Assembly (NCBI GenBank): GCA_963590435.1
Contig: CAVAPG010000001.1
Coordinates: forward strand, 1 to 55,666
Source: a bacterium
GTDB lineage: Bacteria > Bacillota > Clostridia > Oscillospirales > Oscillospiraceae
Direction: 5' to 3'
DNA: 55,666 nucleotides
In this document: piece after piece, positions 53,326 through 55,666 of the stretch
Layout of the letters: the number at the start of each line of letters is the position of its first letter
Position numbering within the stretch: position 1 is the stretch's first letter
Notes under the pieces: generated by a model
What the model was told of the DNA's origin: nothing
What the model saw: the letters and a program-made list of their open reading frames with translations, nothing else
The model's database searches: none
Position numbers and translations under genes: made by a program

Positions 53326-53438
53326 AATTCTGCCTCCGTCGCGCTGTGTCGTGAGCGGCGGCTCACAAGATGTGTGTATTATACTCCCGCATGCTACGTT
53401 CCGTCAATGCTTTGATGCTATTATCTGACAAGATAGTT

Positions 53439-53477
53439 TAAAAAAATCAACGGACACCGTATCGGGCATCCGTTGAT
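53439..53477 (-). terminator. Rho-independent terminator after htrA
   Basis: atcaacgga-N14-tccgttgat, followed on the minus strand by a T7 run. Confidence 0.8.
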
Positions 53478-53501
53478 TGGGATATTAAATTTTATTTATT
53501 A

Positions 53502-54875
53502 TCAGCCGCCGAAGCCGAAGCCGGGGATTGTCTGTTGCTGCTGGCTCTGTGAGCTTTGAGTGCTGCTCGACTGACTTTCGGTTGCCGAGCTCGTCTGCTC
53601 TCCGATCTCGACCGTTATGCTCAGCGTCTCTCCCTGGCGGTAGACGCTCAGGGTTATCTTATCTCCTGCGGAATGATCGGATATTGCCGAGCTCAAGTCG
53701 CTTCTGCCGCTTATCTCCTCACCGTCAACAGCCGTGATAATGTCGTTTGCCTGGATTCCGGCCTTATCTGCAGGGCCTCCTTCCGTTACGGATGCGACTG
53801 CCGCACCTGCGGGTGTACCGTAGTTTTTGGCCTCATCGCTGACATCGCCGACCATTACGCCGATGTACGGTTTTGATACATATCCCTTTTCGATGATGCT
53901 CTCGACTATCGGCTTTACGGTGTTGATGGGGATTGCAAAGCCTATGTTGTCAATCGATGCGCCCGAGCTTGATGAGCCGGAGTATTTTGCGTTTGTGATG
54001 CCGATTACCTCGCCGTAGAGGTTAAACAGTGCGCCGCCCGAGTTACCGGAGTTGATGGCGCAGTCGGTCTGGATAAGCTCCATGGTAATATTCGATGAAA
54101 GCGTAACCTCACGGTCAAGTGCGCTCACCGCGCCGGAGGTCAGCGAAAATGTCAGCTCACCGAGCGGATTGCCTATTGCCACGACACTGTCGCCGACATT
54201 GAGGTTGTCGGAATCGCCGAGTGTGACCGGAGTGAGGTTTTCGGCGCTTATCTTCAAGACGGCGATATCATTGCTCTCGTCATAGCCGACAAGCGTTGCA
54301 TCATAGCTTGTTCCGTCATAGAGTGTGACCTTTATGGAGCTTGCCGATTCGATAACGTGGTAGTTTGTGAGTATATATCCGTCAGAGGAGTATATAAATC
54401 CAGAGCCGGACGCCGCAGACTGGGTTGTGTATCCCCAATAGTTTGTCGTGACCTGAGTTGTTATGCCAACGGTTGAATTTACATTTGTCGCATACACCTC
54501 GGCGGCAGTCATCTGCTTGCTTGTGTCGACATCAACCGTATTTATGACCGACGTCTCGCGCTTGCCCTGATATACTGTCGTGCTGCCGGACGAACCGAAC
54601 ACCGCATTCCCGATTGCCGAACCTCCGAAGCCTGCCAGCAGCGCAACAACGAGCACACCTGCGATCATGACGCCGGGCTTTTTCCAGAACGGCTTTTTGA
54701 AGAATGACTCTTTCGGCGGCTTCGGAGCTTTTGATGTTTCGTACGATGCAGTCTCTGCCGAGGATGTCTGTTCCTCCTCGGGCTTGTGTCCGTAGAAGAT
54801 GCGGTACTCGCCGTCAACCGGTTCGCTGCTCTCGCCGTTTATGTTGTTATTATTGTTGTTATCCATATTATCCAT
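53502..54875 (-). CDS. htrA: HtrA/DegP-family trypsin-like serine protease with an N-terminal membrane anchor and a C-terminal PDZ domain
   Basis: Catalytic triad contexts TNYHVIE, DIAVLKI and GNSGGALFN. PDZ segment (GAAVASVTEGGPADKAGIQANDIITAVDG). Low-complexity Asn-rich N-terminus and Ser/Gln-rich C-terminus. Confidence 0.85.
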   Translation of the reverse strand: MDNMDNNNNNNINGESSEPVDGEYRIFYGHKPEEEQTSSAETASYETSKAPKPPKESFFKKPFWKKPGVMIAGVLVVALLAGFGGSAIGNAVFGSSGSTTVYQGKRETSVINTVDVDTSKQMTAAEVYATNVNSTVGITTQVTTNYWGYTTQSAASGSGFIYSSDGYILTNYHVIESASSIKVTLYDGTSYDATLVGYDESNDIAVLKISAENLTPVTLGDSDNLNVGDSVVAIGNPLGELTFSLTSGAVSALDREVTLSSNITMELIQTDCAINSGNSGGALFNLYGEVIGITNAKYSGSSSSGASIDNIGFAIPINTVKPIVESIIEKGYVSKPYIGVMVGDVSDEAKNYGTPAGAAVASVTEGGPADKAGIQANDIITAVDGEEISGRSDLSSAISDHSAGDKITLSVYRQGETLSITVEIGEQTSSATESQSSSTQSSQSQQQQTIPGFGFGG

Positions 54876-55219
54876 TTCAAAATCCTCCTTATTCTGTATC
54901 CGCGCTGTTTTTCTGTCTGATATATCCTATATATAATCGCAGCTGTTATTAATGCCGCGCTCATTGGTGGTCTGCCGCTTTCGTGTGGGTAATTCACGCG
55001 GTGGGCAGTTACCGAGCTTGTGAGGTTTGTTTGTTGTTTTTGTTGTTGTATTTTGTGGAACTGGTATGAGAATAAGCTCTGAACCTGAAATGAACTGAAA
55101 AATATTGTTATTAAATTATGAATTTCAAAAACATGCTTTGATTTTTTCGCTTATGCTGATAAAATGATTTCAGGTCTGTTTCGGCTCGGTGATTTATTAT
55201 ATGTACAGGAGATGATACT

Positions 55220-55666
55220 ATGCGTGTTCTTATAGCAGAGGATGAGGTCGGCATCGCAAAGGCCCTTAAGCTTGTGCTTGAGAAAAACCGTTTTGCGGTC
55301 GACATGGTGCATAACGGCCTTGATGCGCTTGAATATATGATATCCGTAAGTTACGACGCCGTTGTTCTCGATATAATGATGCCCGGTCTCGACGGGCTTG
55401 AGGTCTTAAAACGTGCGCGTGAAAAAGGCATCGGAACCCCTGTTTTGTTCCTGACAGCCAAAGCCGAGGTCGAAGACCGCATTGCCGGTCTTGACGCGGG
55501 GGCGGACGATTATCTGCCGAAGCCTTTTGCAATGGGCGAATTTATCTCACGTGTTCGGGCGCTGACAAGGCGCAGCGGAAACTACGCGCCGGATATTATC
55601 CGTGTCGGGGACACCAGTCTGGACCTGAGCTCCTATACGCTGTCCTCAAACGGACAGAATGTTCGC
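55220..55666 (+). CDS. OmpR/PhoB-family response regulator, 3'-truncated by the window end (CssR-like by context)
   Basis: ATG 55220 with a CAGGAG RBS. MRVLIAEDE...VVLDIMMPGLDG...LTAK...GADDYLPKPF, then the start of a winged-helix domain. Open to base 55666. Confidence 0.85.
   Translation, partial: MRVLIAEDEVGIAKALKLVLEKNRFAVDMVHNGLDALEYMISVSYDAVVLDIMMPGLDGLEVLKRAREKGIGTPVLFLTAKAEVEDRIAGLDAGADDYLPKPFAMGEFISRVRALTRRSGNYAPDIIRVGDTSLDLSSYTLSSNGQNVR

Overview
This is a 55.7-kb chromosomal window of roughly 55% GC. It is densely coded, and its proteins look like those of a Clostridia (Oscillospiraceae/Ruminococcaceae-like) genome; that taxon is a guess from motifs, not a search result.

Left to right, the window contains:
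- The 3' end of an ISL3-family IS that appears to have truncated a small gene.
- A minus-strand housekeeping operon (trmB-xth-dusB) that runs by 4-nt overlaps into an ECF sigma/anti-sigma pair.
- rex, mnmE and a CBS-DHH pyrophosphatase.
- A nine-gene aromatic amino-acid operon (pheA-aroB-aroC-aroE/K fusion-aroQ-aroA-tyrA-DAHP synthase-aminotransferase). It is preceded by a consensus promoter, a Phe/Tyr-rich leader ORF and two tandem terminators.
- A UPF0126 channel, ychF, a Crp/Fnr regulator divergent from hcp, a LytTR two-component pair and a racemase.
- An orphan phage-tail-like gene pair that includes a metallophosphoesterase.
- An SseB-like gene and an RHH-protein-clpB unit.
- A three-gene operon: DUF362, then a TetM/EF-G-like GTPase fused to a Rae1/YacP NYN RNase domain, then a YlmH-like S4 protein. 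This is my top candidate for an undescribed ribosome-targeting system.
- A hydrolase, an MFS transporter and panB.
- A glycolipid-type operon containing a glycosyltransferase-DAG-kinase fusion.
- An FAD protein.
- A ~150-bp direct-repeat pair that duplicates a transporter 3' end plus its terminator around a small cassette.
- An NSS transporter.
- A TetR-controlled kinase/aldolase/GtrA/aminotransferase cluster.
- htrA and a partial OmpR-type regulator.

I saw no rRNA, tRNA or CRISPR. All product calls come from motif recognition by eye, and no database search was run.
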